Shown here one piece after another: positions 53,776 to 64,000 of a stretch of DNA of 64,000 nucleotides. The notes under the pieces are model-generated. The model searched no databases and was not told the DNA's origin. It worked only from the letters and a program-made list of their open reading frames with translations. Source of the DNA: Epithemia pelagica (taxonomy: Eukaryota; Protista; Bacillariophyta); the NCBI GenBank assembly GCA_946965045.2, contig OX337241.1:3038001-3102000 (forward strand), in the 5' to 3' direction. A program made the translations under genes and the position numbers. Every line of letters starts with the position of its first letter. Position 1 is the stretch's first letter.

Positions 53776-54948
53776 TTATTTTCTCTCGTCACATCGTCGA
53801 CGTTTACCATCGTCAGAAGCATCAGCAACACTACTTTCCTTTTTATCATTTTTCTCGGCATTCTCTTTTTCCGCATCATTGTTAAGATGTAGTCGTCGCT
53901 TGAGTGGTTTTTCACTGATTGATCCACCAACATGGATAGAACACACTCCCGATGACGAACTCGCATGTTTTCCGAAAAGGGAATTGAGATACAACAAGTC
54001 TTCATGTTTCTCAAAACTCAGAATCCCTCCATGGCAGGACATAACAAGACTCTGACGAGATACAACCGAATTAGCCACTGTATGGATATATTGAATGCAT
54101 TCATTCGGAAAATAATACCCAACCTTCAACGACACTTCTCGTTGAATAGAAGTAGTTGATAGACCGCCCAGTTTGTTCAATTCCTTGTCCATTTTTTTTT
54201 GTAGATTGTATAATCCAATCCAAATACTACGATGTAGACATCGTCTTGGAACCACAAGATTCGATGGATGGTCATACCCAGGATGGGTATTTGGGAAACC
54301 CATAGTAACCGTAGGTGGGAGTTCCTCGAGGCGATGTCTTGTAGGCTTCACATAAGAATTGATCGTGTTATGCAAAAATCTGACGACATACACGTTGCAC
54401 ATTCCTTCTGCCCATGCATTACCACTTCTCTCCAACTCACGTAGAGTAAAAACAAAAACCGGAAATAGCAACTTTACTTTGTAGTCTGGTTTTTCCCCAT
54501 CAATCCACAGAACTTCTCTTGATTCGTAAACTTCATCGTTCTTAGATCCACACCCGTTCTGTATCTTGTTGCGCGTGTGTGATGGAAGATTTGGATACCA
54601 CTTCAAGCGATTACTGCGAAACAATGGAAGAAACAGCCGGATTCTGATAGTGGTTTTTTCTGAATCTGGATCATCATCTTCATCTTTCACCCGTTCCTCC
54701 AACCGCGCGATAGTTATTTCCTTCGAATCCTCGTCGTCCTCTCGCAATTGAATGGCCATAAACGAGCCAATCCGGATATTATCCATTAATGTCCAATCGA
54801 AATACGGGACGTCGTTCACATAAACGGTATTTCCATACCCTGGCGACGAAGACGAAGACAAAGACGAAGACGACGAGGACGACACAGACATATTTTTGGA
54901 TTTCTGCTCACCACACAGTTTTACACCTACACATCCTTTATATACCAT
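53776..54948 (-). CDS. Hypothetical protein (about 370-390 aa) with a possible BAH-like domain; probable transposon-associated gene
   Basis: Long ORF, likely start MSVSSSS at 54891. IGSFMAI...IRIRLF...EVYESREVLWI...FPVFVF is reminiscent of BAH strand order. Confidence 0.55.
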   Translation of the reverse strand: MVYKGCVGVKLCGEQKSKNMSVSSSSSSSLSSSSSPGYGNTVYVNDVPYFDWTLMDNIRIGSFMAIQLREDDEDSKEITIARLEERVKDEDDDPDSEKTTIRIRLFLPLFRSNRLKWYPNLPSHTRNKIQNGCGSKNDEVYESREVLWIDGEKPDYKVKLLFPVFVFTLRELERSGNAWAEGMCNVYVVRFLHNTINSYVKPTRHRLEELPPTVTMGFPNTHPGYDHPSNLVVPRRCLHRSIWIGLYNLQKKMDKELNKLGGLSTTSIQREVSLKVGYYFPNECIQYIHTVANSVVSRQSLVMSCHGGILSFEKHEDLLYLNSLFGKHASSSSGVCSIHVGGSISEKPLKRRLHLNNDAEKENAEKNDKKESSVADASDDGKRRRCDERK

Positions 54949-55684
54949 GTGTGTGGTCCTCTCTCTCTATAACCCGCGTTCTCATGCTCATCCGGCGTGC
55001 ATATATCGTTAGTCTGCAATATTGTATGATATTCCAAACCACTGACATCCAATGATTGTTTTGATTTTGTCTATGTATTTTACTAACAGACATGCGTATG
55101 GTCTAAGTTGACTCATACGCCTGACAACACATGTCCTAAGAAACACAATAATACTTATATATCGTTTCAAACCATGGGGTTATATATATATATCAATATT
55201 CAACTCTTTCAATGACCCTTATGTAATTTTACACCATACACCCATATTCCCCTATACGATAGGCCAGTTATGCAATATTTGTATAATATTCATATTCATA
55301 CTCCTTCGTTTGAAACGATTTTACGTAGAGCAGTTTTCATGCTCCCACTCAAATCAAATAACACAACTTCTAGGTAGTAAGACGAATATTGTTAAATTAA
55401 ATCAGTATAACAAATATTACAAAAGAAGTCATTCACGGTTTTGAACTCATTTGGTCTTGCAACAACAATCAAAAGTAAGCCGACCCTTCTTTCCTTTCGT
55501 GCATATTTCGCCTCACTTTTTTCAAGGACCTCGTCTCGTCTCTCTCATCTCTCTCTCGTTTCCTTTTTTTCACATGCTTATTTTTAAGATCACATTCTGT
55601 ATCGTTTGTTTCAAGTTATATCCTTTTCTTCTACTAAACAGTCGTTGAAGCATTCCATTCAACAGTCATACAACAGTCCATCTG

Positions 55685-57130
55685 ATGGCGGACGATTTTG
55701 CAAATAACTGGGGTGCGTCGTATGTTCTACCCGATTTACGCCGGCAGTCAACGAAACGTAAAGCAGTTGATTCGTATATATCATCCGACAAGAGATCAGA
55801 GATCGAACTTCGTGCGATTATCAAGAACACTACACATGGATATTTCAATTTAGAGAAACTTACTCCCAATGGATCGGACGCCAATTTGTTCGCTATTACA
55901 AGCTTATGCAACGGGGACACTCATGGTGTCCTCATTGGCTGTGGAAGTTATGTCGCTGGAGATTTGGGTCCTTTACAACCCTGGTCTACAGCCGACTTCT
56001 GCGTCAATGAAGGCCCATCTTACATTCATGAACCCACAAGCAATGATATCTCTGTCTCAGCACGGTCGAGGACCATCGCCCTACCCTACTGCATTGAAGG
56101 TGTCATGGGAGAACGAGGACAAATTTCCTACGAGGATTTATGTCTCCAAGGTCTTCACAAGAGATGTATTTACCAAGAAGCAATCGGCCAGCGCGTGACT
56201 GTTCTTTTCCTCGAGCTACTGTTGGCCTCGAATGGTTGCACATTGAGCAATCGATTTCTAAAAAGAGTCGGTCTGTTGTCGAAGCATCATGATTTTCATA
56301 TCATCGTTGATGAAATACTCACCGGTGCTCGAATGGACACAATGCTTTTAACAATGAATGGACCAAAGGAATTTATTGACCGCGTGGCTTTCGTCACACT
56401 CGGTAAATGGTGTAAATGCGGTGTGGTTTTGTCTGGATATCACTATGACTCACATCTACAATCATCTAAAAACCGGATGGACCCACGTGGAGTAACAACA
56501 GGTCTCAATTGCTCTAATCCCTTGCCTTATTTTCGCAAAGTCCAGGAACTTCTTCCAACAATTCCAGATCGACGAACAAGATGCATCTCTAAGTTTACGT
56601 CCATGAGCTCCCATGAAACCTGGGGCATTGGTCTTATCATCTTCATCCCTCGCCGTTGCCTCGGTACCAGAGCTGGAACGAAAAACAGGTTGCTACCATT
56701 ACTGAATAACACGCCGCCAGATAACATCAAGTCGATACCGGAACCAACATGGAGCAGAGCTAGTGTAAGTCGCCGCACTCTTTCTTGTGTACTAAAATGG
56801 ACAAATCAAGTCTCGTTCATTTCAAGTAACTTCTCTCTGGATTCAAAGATACTGTGTCTTTATCACATGATTTGCTTTCTTGTTGAGCACCATGTACCTG
56901 GTGGTTGGATCACATCGTCTGAATTACACGAGCAAGTGACAAAGGCAAGTGACGAACATGAACAAGAAAGTCTACGATTCACAACCTCTATCCTCCGTGC
57001 TATCGAGAGATGTGGGTATCTCAGGAAACAAATGAAAACCCACCGTCGACTACATGGATGGTCCATTATATCTGACCGTCTCAACTATCCATGGCAAGTT
57101 ACTCCCATTGAACATTCCCCGAACGAATGA
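55685..57130 (+). CDS. Divergent class-III PLP-dependent aminotransferase-like protein with a C-terminal extension
   Basis: PNGSDANLFAI, LFLELL, FLKRVGLLSKHHDFHIIVDEILTGAR and FVTLGKW parallel the class-III motifs SGSEAN, IVEP, FDEVQTG and the PLP-lysine. Confidence 0.72.
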   Translation: MADDFANNWGASYVLPDLRRQSTKRKAVDSYISSDKRSEIELRAIIKNTTHGYFNLEKLTPNGSDANLFAITSLCNGDTHGVLIGCGSYVAGDLGPLQPWSTADFCVNEGPSYIHEPTSNDISVSARSRTIALPYCIEGVMGERGQISYEDLCLQGLHKRCIYQEAIGQRVTVLFLELLLASNGCTLSNRFLKRVGLLSKHHDFHIIVDEILTGARMDTMLLTMNGPKEFIDRVAFVTLGKWCKCGVVLSGYHYDSHLQSSKNRMDPRGVTTGLNCSNPLPYFRKVQELLPTIPDRRTRCISKFTSMSSHETWGIGLIIFIPRRCLGTRAGTKNRLLPLLNNTPPDNIKSIPEPTWSRASVSRRTLSCVLKWTNQVSFISSNFSLDSKILCLYHMICFLVEHHVPGGWITSSELHEQVTKASDEHEQESLRFTTSILRAIERCGYLRKQMKTHRRLHGWSIISDRLNYPWQVTPIEHSPNE

Positions 57131-57235
57131 TTCTCGCAACGTCTCCATACGAAGTATATATATCTATAGTAATATATAAGCCAATATAGTTCAACTATTG
57201 TCCACATTATTCGTGATAGCTTCGATGGGGACCAG

Positions 57236-60200
57236 TCAATATGATCCATCATTCCACCTTTCTCTCCATAGATTCCCAACGGTGTAGTATGAGTTAATAA
57301 AATTCCCAGTCGTTGACGATGTCAGTGGTATAAGGAGCAATACTTCTTGCACAAAATCCTTCTTCATCTCAGCAACAGACTGGAATAGACGTGTTTCGCT
57401 TGTCCCCAACACCGGTGCCACCCAACACATTGTTTGTGTCCATTCTCCTATTTCATCTTGGAAGCGTAATCGGCACAATTTTACCAGGCGCCTGGTATTA
57501 CCAGTTTCTTCACCAATGGGTCTATATGCTATGTAAGCATTGTTATCACGCCCAAGTACACCACAAAGAATACCATTCTCAGATAAATGGTCCTCCATTT
57601 CGGAACGGCTTTTGAAGATCCTTATCATCGAATCACTTTCCCTATTCATTCGAGACTTCTCCTTTGATGCATCTGCTTGGTTCAGCATCCACTGTAGTGT
57701 GTCGTATTGGTATAGTTTTCGCATTGTTATGGTGGTCCAATCAGCTGTGCTCCTCTTAATGGATAACAATGGTTTGACTTGTTGAATCTTTCTCTCGCCC
57801 TCCCACCCCCCTTCCCAGTGTAGTATCGCTGGACCCATCTCGGAATGAGCTGTAGCGCACGATAGGATACCCAAAGAATTGGACTTGGTAAAATTGGGAT
57901 TTTTCTTCTGTCGATCAGACTCGAAGAGAATGAGATCTACCTCCGCCATATGATCCATATACAAGTGGATATAATCTTCCAAGTTACCGATGGTCTTGCA
58001 ATTTGTCATTATCCGTCCCAAGCACATGGCCATGCTGGTTATAAACCGGCTAAGTGAGCGCCATTCGTCCTTGTACCCTGGAGTGCGGAACCATCGACTG
58101 TCACATATACTTGGAAGCGACATCAGAAACCTCCAAATTCTTGCACCGAGTAAATAATTCTCGGACACCCAAACTCCAGTACCCCAAGAGGACGTGGATA
58201 GTGGCTGCGCACAAAAGAACTTCGTCGCCCGCAGCGACCTGATGCCCTCCAGCACTTTGTTCACTTGCTTACCAAAAGGAGCAAGACGATTGTATTTCCC
58301 AAGCCATTTCGACACCATCTCCAAATTACTTTTCGCGTGACCCAAAAAGAGCATGTGCATTGGAGCGAAATGGCATTTGGCCAGTGCTCCAATCTCCTTC
58401 CAACTTGTTGGGAAGCATATATCTTCTTCGGAAGTCGTGCATTGTTGGTATATTGACTCTATCATGCGGTTTGTAAGTGCGCAAGTCTTTAAGAACGCAT
58501 TGAAATTTCCTTTCGTCCAGAATTTTTTCCTCGAACCATTGCTCTGTATTGTCTGATGGGTCACGTTGTGACATGCGAACAGAACAGCTTGTTTGAGCCA
58601 ACTAACCGTAAGCTTAACGGATCGAAGAAGGATTCTTTTGGTCGGTTTCTTTCTTGACTTCTTCCGACGTTTCTTTCGAACCTGGCCAACGACGTCATTG
58701 CTGCTATCCACCACGGTAACAACATCATCGGTCACCTCGGAAGAAGGATCTGTCTCGCTCACTGGTATGTCCTCGATACGGTGCCACAAATCGCGGAGAA
58801 TTGGGGGCTTAGGAGCATTTGGCGATTGATCATAGACCTGCGGGTAATCGGCTGGTGCTACGAAAACGAAGTTCGGGTCTTCGATTCTCCAGTCAGAGCA
58901 TGACTCGCATATATCACGAGCCGTGTTACCAACTTGGAATCCGCATTGCAGACGCTGGAGTCGTTTTTTCTTACACTCTGTACACGATGGTAAATGGTTT
59001 ATTTGGCAAGTACCATCTACATTGGTAGCATACCCCCAAAAAGCCGAATACGAACCATTGTGGTCTCCGATACGGAATATAGTTGTCCGTTCAGGTCGAT
59101 CGACAGAGATCAACAGCTTCCCCACCATAACATGGATAACTTTCTTCAATCCACCATGATATAGTCGGAGACCTGTCGACGATAATGTATCCAATTCTTC
59201 GGTCATTATCTCTTCAATCTTGTTGTGGTCTTCTCCTTTACTCGATAGACCAATGTAGTAAGTTGTTGATCCACGCACATTCGTTGATTGATGAGGAGGA
59301 CATAGTGTATATGTATTACACCAAACTTGATTCCGCGATGATTTCGTGTTGTTTGGATCGAAATCATCGCGCCATTCGCGAAGCCATAGATACAATGTAA
59401 ATTGATCTGAACCGTTAGCACTTCTTTTTTGTTCTTCTTTCATGGAGAACAACAGTGACTTGGCACATTGTGTGCTAGAAACACTCGGAACAGCGTCGTC
59501 TGGAGCAATTTGCAATTTCGCCATGAAATCAAAATCATCGTACTCGGTAGCTTTACCTATCTCGTTGGCCAATAAATCGTACAGAGAAACATATGAGTGA
59601 CTGCCATCCGGCGTTGTTTTGGGAATTGGGTGTGGCAGATTGGGAAGAATCGCATTCTTTCCTGTTAAAAAGAACCGATCAAAATCTTCAGTTGTTGATG
59701 GAAGTCTGATGTTTTGGAAAATGGATAGCTGGCTATGGCCACTATTTCCTGCCGTGGTCAAAATTTCAGCAAATATCTTCTTCTGTTGTTCTGTTAGTTG
59801 TACCAACAGAGACGAAATCTTTAGACAAAATATTGATTCCTCTGTAGAAACTTGTGCGGAACTCAGACCAAAAGAATTGGCAGTCAACCAGCGTATACCA
59901 CTGCCTTTCTCTTTTGCTTCTTGAATGAGATACTTTGGCGTAGTCGATTTTTGGTCAAACCCCATTTGGAATAGTTCCATTTCAGTCGGAATTTGGTCTG
60001 TTGCATCCAGTATCGGTTGTGGAGATGAAATTTGACACATTTGGTCGGAATCAAAACAGTCTAAGCCATTTTGGTCATCAACAGACGGTGAAGATTGATG
60101 AATAGACTCTTGCTCCACCTTCTTTTGATGGAATGACGTCTGTGAGTGTCGTTGGACGTATTTCCACTGGGCAATGTACCCCGAAGACTTCCCAGTCCTC

Positions 60201-60469
60201 TCTTGACTTTGGATACAAAGTCGACAACAAAAGAAATTGGTCGACGAAACCCGGCAATTGGCAATGGAATTGGAACAAGAACCTTCATAAAGATATGTCT
60301 CCATACCGGGAGGAGATGTTTTTTCTGGGAGACAGACAACTTCCATGGAGCATTCCCTACAAAGAACGGTGATCGATCGGCTTTCATTGGGTTGGTCATT
60401 ACTCATTGCACTATAGCGATGGAACAGGGTGGGGACAAAGGAAATCCTGCAATGGCGAATCACTGTCAA
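57236..60469 (-). CDS. CMC/CACTA (EnSpm/Plavaka-like) transposase with an N-terminal Zn finger (1077 aa, intact)
   Basis: WRDDFDPNNTKSSRNQVW, ISVDRPER, APMHMLFLGHAK and H..MGPAILHWEGGWEGERKIQQVKP match the CMC D / DxP / MH / GP..W..E pattern. N-terminal CxxC...H...H. Confidence 0.75.
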   Translation of the reverse strand: MTVIRHCRISFVPTLFHRYSAMSNDQPNESRSITVLCRECSMEVVCLPEKTSPPGMETYLYEGSCSNSIANCRVSSTNFFCCRLCIQSQERTGKSSGYIAQWKYVQRHSQTSFHQKKVEQESIHQSSPSVDDQNGLDCFDSDQMCQISSPQPILDATDQIPTEMELFQMGFDQKSTTPKYLIQEAKEKGSGIRWLTANSFGLSSAQVSTEESIFCLKISSLLVQLTEQQKKIFAEILTTAGNSGHSQLSIFQNIRLPSTTEDFDRFFLTGKNAILPNLPHPIPKTTPDGSHSYVSLYDLLANEIGKATEYDDFDFMAKLQIAPDDAVPSVSSTQCAKSLLFSMKEEQKRSANGSDQFTLYLWLREWRDDFDPNNTKSSRNQVWCNTYTLCPPHQSTNVRGSTTYYIGLSSKGEDHNKIEEIMTEELDTLSSTGLRLYHGGLKKVIHVMVGKLLISVDRPERTTIFRIGDHNGSYSAFWGYATNVDGTCQINHLPSCTECKKKRLQRLQCGFQVGNTARDICESCSDWRIEDPNFVFVAPADYPQVYDQSPNAPKPPILRDLWHRIEDIPVSETDPSSEVTDDVVTVVDSSNDVVGQVRKKRRKKSRKKPTKRILLRSVKLTVSWLKQAVLFACHNVTHQTIQSNGSRKKFWTKGNFNAFLKTCALTNRMIESIYQQCTTSEEDICFPTSWKEIGALAKCHFAPMHMLFLGHAKSNLEMVSKWLGKYNRLAPFGKQVNKVLEGIRSLRATKFFCAQPLSTSSWGTGVWVSENYLLGARIWRFLMSLPSICDSRWFRTPGYKDEWRSLSRFITSMAMCLGRIMTNCKTIGNLEDYIHLYMDHMAEVDLILFESDRQKKNPNFTKSNSLGILSCATAHSEMGPAILHWEGGWEGERKIQQVKPLLSIKRSTADWTTITMRKLYQYDTLQWMLNQADASKEKSRMNRESDSMIRIFKSRSEMEDHLSENGILCGVLGRDNNAYIAYRPIGEETGNTRRLVKLCRLRFQDEIGEWTQTMCWVAPVLGTSETRLFQSVAEMKKDFVQEVLLLIPLTSSTTGNFINSYYTVGNLWRERWNDGSY

Positions 60470-61040
60470 TGAATGTACTTCCGAGATCTTTTGGATGTCT
60501 CGTCGTTCATTGTCGGTATTATGAGTTTAATATCTCGGAACCACAATCCCCCACACGACGCGATGACTCTCATCCCCCAAAACGATATGTGACATGATTG
60601 ATACTTATTACTTTCATCTCACGGTATCCAAAATCATGTCTGATAGGTACTCAAAATTTGAAAATACATAGGCATATGGCTTAGTTCATTAACAGACGGT
60701 ACTCTGATTCAGGATACGGTAATCGACCAATTAACTAAAGTGACATACTTTAGTCTCGTGAAACAATGGTACTTAGACAGCCAAGTACCGTTCGTGACTC
60801 TGAGAAACCGTTGCTCGTTCTTTGTTTCGAATGAAAATCAAACACGATGGTATGTGGTTCTCGTCCTTTTTTCTGTGCGGCATGTGTGATGTTTTCTTGA
60901 TTCTTTGGCAACACCCTTTTTTCTACTTCGTCTCATTGCCATGGACGTATCGCTTTGATTCGAAATATACCATCCGCATTACAAAAGCTAGGTTTGCCAA
61001 TTGATAGTATGGTAAGTTGGATGCATATCCTTAGGTTATA

Positions 61041-63864
61041 GTGGTATTGTCGAAAGACTCAACGAATGTTTCTGTATTTTCTGTGCAGTCTCTTATTTCT
61101 CATATCAATGGAGGTGTGTCATCTCTTAATCGTCAGACAGAGGCAACGAGTATTCCATTGAATAACGCCATACCACAAGACAGTACCGGCAATCAACTTG
61201 GTAATCAAGAAGCAAGACAAACTGAACCTAATCCTATTCGCAATATGGAGACTCCGAATGTCCAAGATTCACACACGTCGACAGGATCAACTTCCCCACG
61301 TGTATTGTTGGAATATCCAAGAAATTTTTTCCATCAGGAGACAGGTGTGGGTCCATCAACTTCGGAAGAAGCAGCACTGTTGTGGATATACAGGAAAGGA
61401 AGGCGAACTGACGGATTGGCCGATACTGAACCTCCAGATGGAAACTTAATGCTGCAAGAAATAAAAGAAATCAGAGACAGTCTCCGTGCGCATATACAGA
61501 GAACTTATGAAAATGGTCTTCGTGATCGTGCAAAAGAGTTGGATATCCAGATGCCCGGAAAAGCAGCTTTTCCGGTGCACTTGTCTGATTTCCGCAAAAT
61601 TCTAAATGAACTTCCATGTACTTTGGCTAATCAACGAATGGTTTTTGAGTTGGTACTGCAGTTTCACAAGGATCGACATTGGTTGGCCCATGCTATTGAT
61701 CGGTGGTTTGACAAAGAAGGAATGACATTGGCCCCGCTGCATAAGCCAAAGTTTGTGAACGGAAAAAGAACCCGCATCTGTCCAACGGATAGAGGTGGCT
61801 TCTCGGCGGTTGCAAGATCTGCAAAATCTGCCATTGTTGGAGGGCTTATGGCTCCAATGTTGCGTAATGCTGGATGGAGTGTTTCCTTGACGAAAAATCA
61901 AGGAAAGAAGCACAATTATGAGACAAAGGTACAATATAACCAGTCGCAGTCGTTCTACGTGGTCACCCAAGAAAAAAAGGTACGTCGTCAGAATTGGGAT
62001 TCTATACGTTATTCCAAGAATGCTATGCCTAATTTGTTGTATGTCTGTCAAGGAAACAAACACGGACTCGAATGTAATCGAAGTCGATAGTGCTACGCCC
62101 GATTTTGAACGGGCCAGTCAAATTTTTACGGAAACGATTGGAGTACGAATTGACGAAGCGTGCGTTAGAAAGTTGTGGGCGAGTTGCTTTGTCCCGAAGC
62201 AACTGAATGCTATCAAAGTAAATATGACGGGCAAAGAGTTAGTCGTTCAACGTAATCCGGCCGAAATATCGGATCTTACTGAAAAAGGAAACGAAGAATC
62301 AGGGGATGTATCCCGCATTCCAGTACGGCATCCAATTCAAGATGATCGAGCAACGAGGGTAATCAGGAGTGAGAATGTCAATAAGGAAACACAACTTATT
62401 GAAATGGCTCGTAAAAATTCGACGCCAAAGGAGATAAGTCCTTCGAATGGCGGGGCGATTTCAACAAACGCATCAGTTCCATTGGGTGTGGCTGCCTGTG
62501 AGATAGAGGAAAATCACAATGAGGAGATAGCCGAGCACGAGTCAATTGATTCAGAGAGTATAGATGTGTCACAACCTTTGTTCGAAGACGTAGCAAATGC
62601 AATCAACAGAGATAACACAGTTGCCATGCAGAAGATGTCGGAAACACGTAAGGACTTTGAGCAAGAATCAGGTGATTCGATTGTTATGGCAATGGGAACG
62701 ACAGATGGTCATGCCGGTAAAGACAGAGAGAGGAATTCTGATACACAAGATAATACAAATCTTTCGAAGACAGCTCGATCTAATGGTAAAAATGTACAAG
62801 ATCAAGAATCGTTGGTTACGCAGGTACAGGAGAGCGGGGATTGTGCTCTAACGACACAAAACAGAAACAGCCAGGGGCAAACAACACTCCTTTCGAAAGA
62901 AGTACAGGAGAGCGGGGGTTGTGCTCTAACGACACAAAACAGAAACAGCCAGGGGCAAACAACACTCCTTTCGAAAGAGAGTGCCCATAGACAGGATTCA
63001 CTGGATACGCAGAGGAATGAGAGCAGTGACGTTGCTCTACGGAATAAAAAGGAAAAACTTCAGGTACAGGCCATGCTCGTGGATGGGCAATCTCAGTTAG
63101 ATGAAAGATTGAACACTGTTCTTCCGTTGGAACATGAAAATGTCCAGGAACAAACAAGAACCGAGAATACTCGCGACTCGTCGAAAGGTGCAAGAGAGGT
63201 AGACGTGGGCAAGGTGCGTATATTGTGACAAGGTTTTCTTTGTTTGTGAACAATCGTGGTGAACTGATCTTTGGTGTGTTTGGTAGCAGGGCAAAAGTTC
63301 CCCTCCAAAAAAGAGAAAGGTACGGTTGTATTTTTGTCTTTGTTGAGAGAATGAATCAGTTCTCTCATTATAGTTTCTTCTTTGTGTGAAAACTTCTGAG
63401 TACAGGGTACGGATTGTGAACAGAGAAAACGACAGTCCACTAAACGACCCTCCCCACCGAAACGAGTCTCCCCACGGAAACAAGCCAAGAAGCATCAGTG
63501 TGCAGGAAGTCCGAAAGAGGGAGAGCAATGTGTACAATGTCCAAAAGAAAATCATGATCTGGGCCTTCTGATTCGGCAAGACACGTCGACATATTTCAAA
63601 GAAGACTATTACAATCGAAATACAAATTGGCCGTCGACATGTGTAAAATGTAACCAAAGGTTCGGAGGCCTTGGTAAAAAGGTAAATCAAACAAATCCGG
63701 TAATGGCTTGCAAAAACGCATGTGTGACGGGTCATCCATGTAAACATGCATATTGTAACGAATGTTACGTGAATTTGATGAGAGAGAAAATGAAACAAGA
63801 CGACATGGAAGCAGGAGCAGGTACGAGATCAATGAGGACACGTAATAAATCAAGAGTGGTATGA
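61041..63864 (+). CDS. Spliced hypothetical gene with a C-terminal Cys/His Zn-finger; exons 61041-61979, 62053-63213, 63287-63319, 63406-63864
   Basis: Three phase-0 GT-AG introns (61980-62052, 63214-63286, 63320-63405) join the track ORFs in frame to a last exon containing CVKC...PVMACKNAC...CKHAYCNEC, which is absent from the track. Confidence 0.72.
62824..62978 (+). repeat. 78-bp in-frame tandem duplication (26 aa) in the Zn-finger gene
   Basis: GTACAGGAGAGCGGGG.TTGTGCTCTAACGACAC...CTTTCGAAAGA starts at 62824 and at 62902. Confidence 0.95.
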
Positions 63865-64000
63865 GGAAAAAGGTGTGGCGTGATGGTATAAAGAGATATA
63901 TGAGAGTTGGTACTACCAAATATAAATTTATAATAGTTCTTTCGTCAACCTCTCCTGTTTGTGATGTGTCTGTCTCTATGTATAAATATAGATCTCGTCT

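Noticed and set aside
63097-63798. 233-aa minus-strand ORF
   Set aside because: Antisense to the spliced Zn-finger gene, which has consistent splice signals and a coherent domain.
1-64000. tRNA, rRNA or prokaryotic operon features
   Set aside because: No cloverleaf or rRNA-like sequence and no Shine-Dalgarno/operon organisation were seen. Introns and LTR elements indicate a eukaryotic nuclear locus.

Overview
Eukaryotic, repeat-rich window, most likely from a diatom. That is inferred from CoDi-type Copia gag/pol, short GT-AG introns and the gene families present. The backbone (about 6.7-53.6 kb) is a tandem array of 8 intronless, same-strand kelch beta-propeller genes: 7 essentially full-length and 1 5'-truncated. 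Their variation appears concentrated in the predicted ligand-binding loops, and they are mosaics of one another. Between them lie reshuffled pseudogene modules (an EF-hand NCKX exchanger, a SOUL-like gene, unidentified fragments) and one large LRR + C-terminal TIR gene. Five mobile elements or element parts are present: (1) the gag end of a Copia at the left edge, not listed in the ORF track; (2) an intact RAG1/Transib-like DDE transposase ORF; (3) a complete 6.1-kb Copia with 213-bp LTRs, a GATAG TSD, a candidate self-priming PBS and an extra ORF before gag; (4) a 5.8-kb PIF/Harbinger-related DNA transposon with about 0.7-kb TIRs that contain an 8-bp microsatellite, a CGG TSD and four ORFs; (5) a right-end block with a CMC/CACTA(Plavaka)-like transposase flanked by a class-III aminotransferase-like gene, a BAH-like gene and a spliced Zn-finger gene. 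All family assignments come from motifs read by eye; no database search was run.
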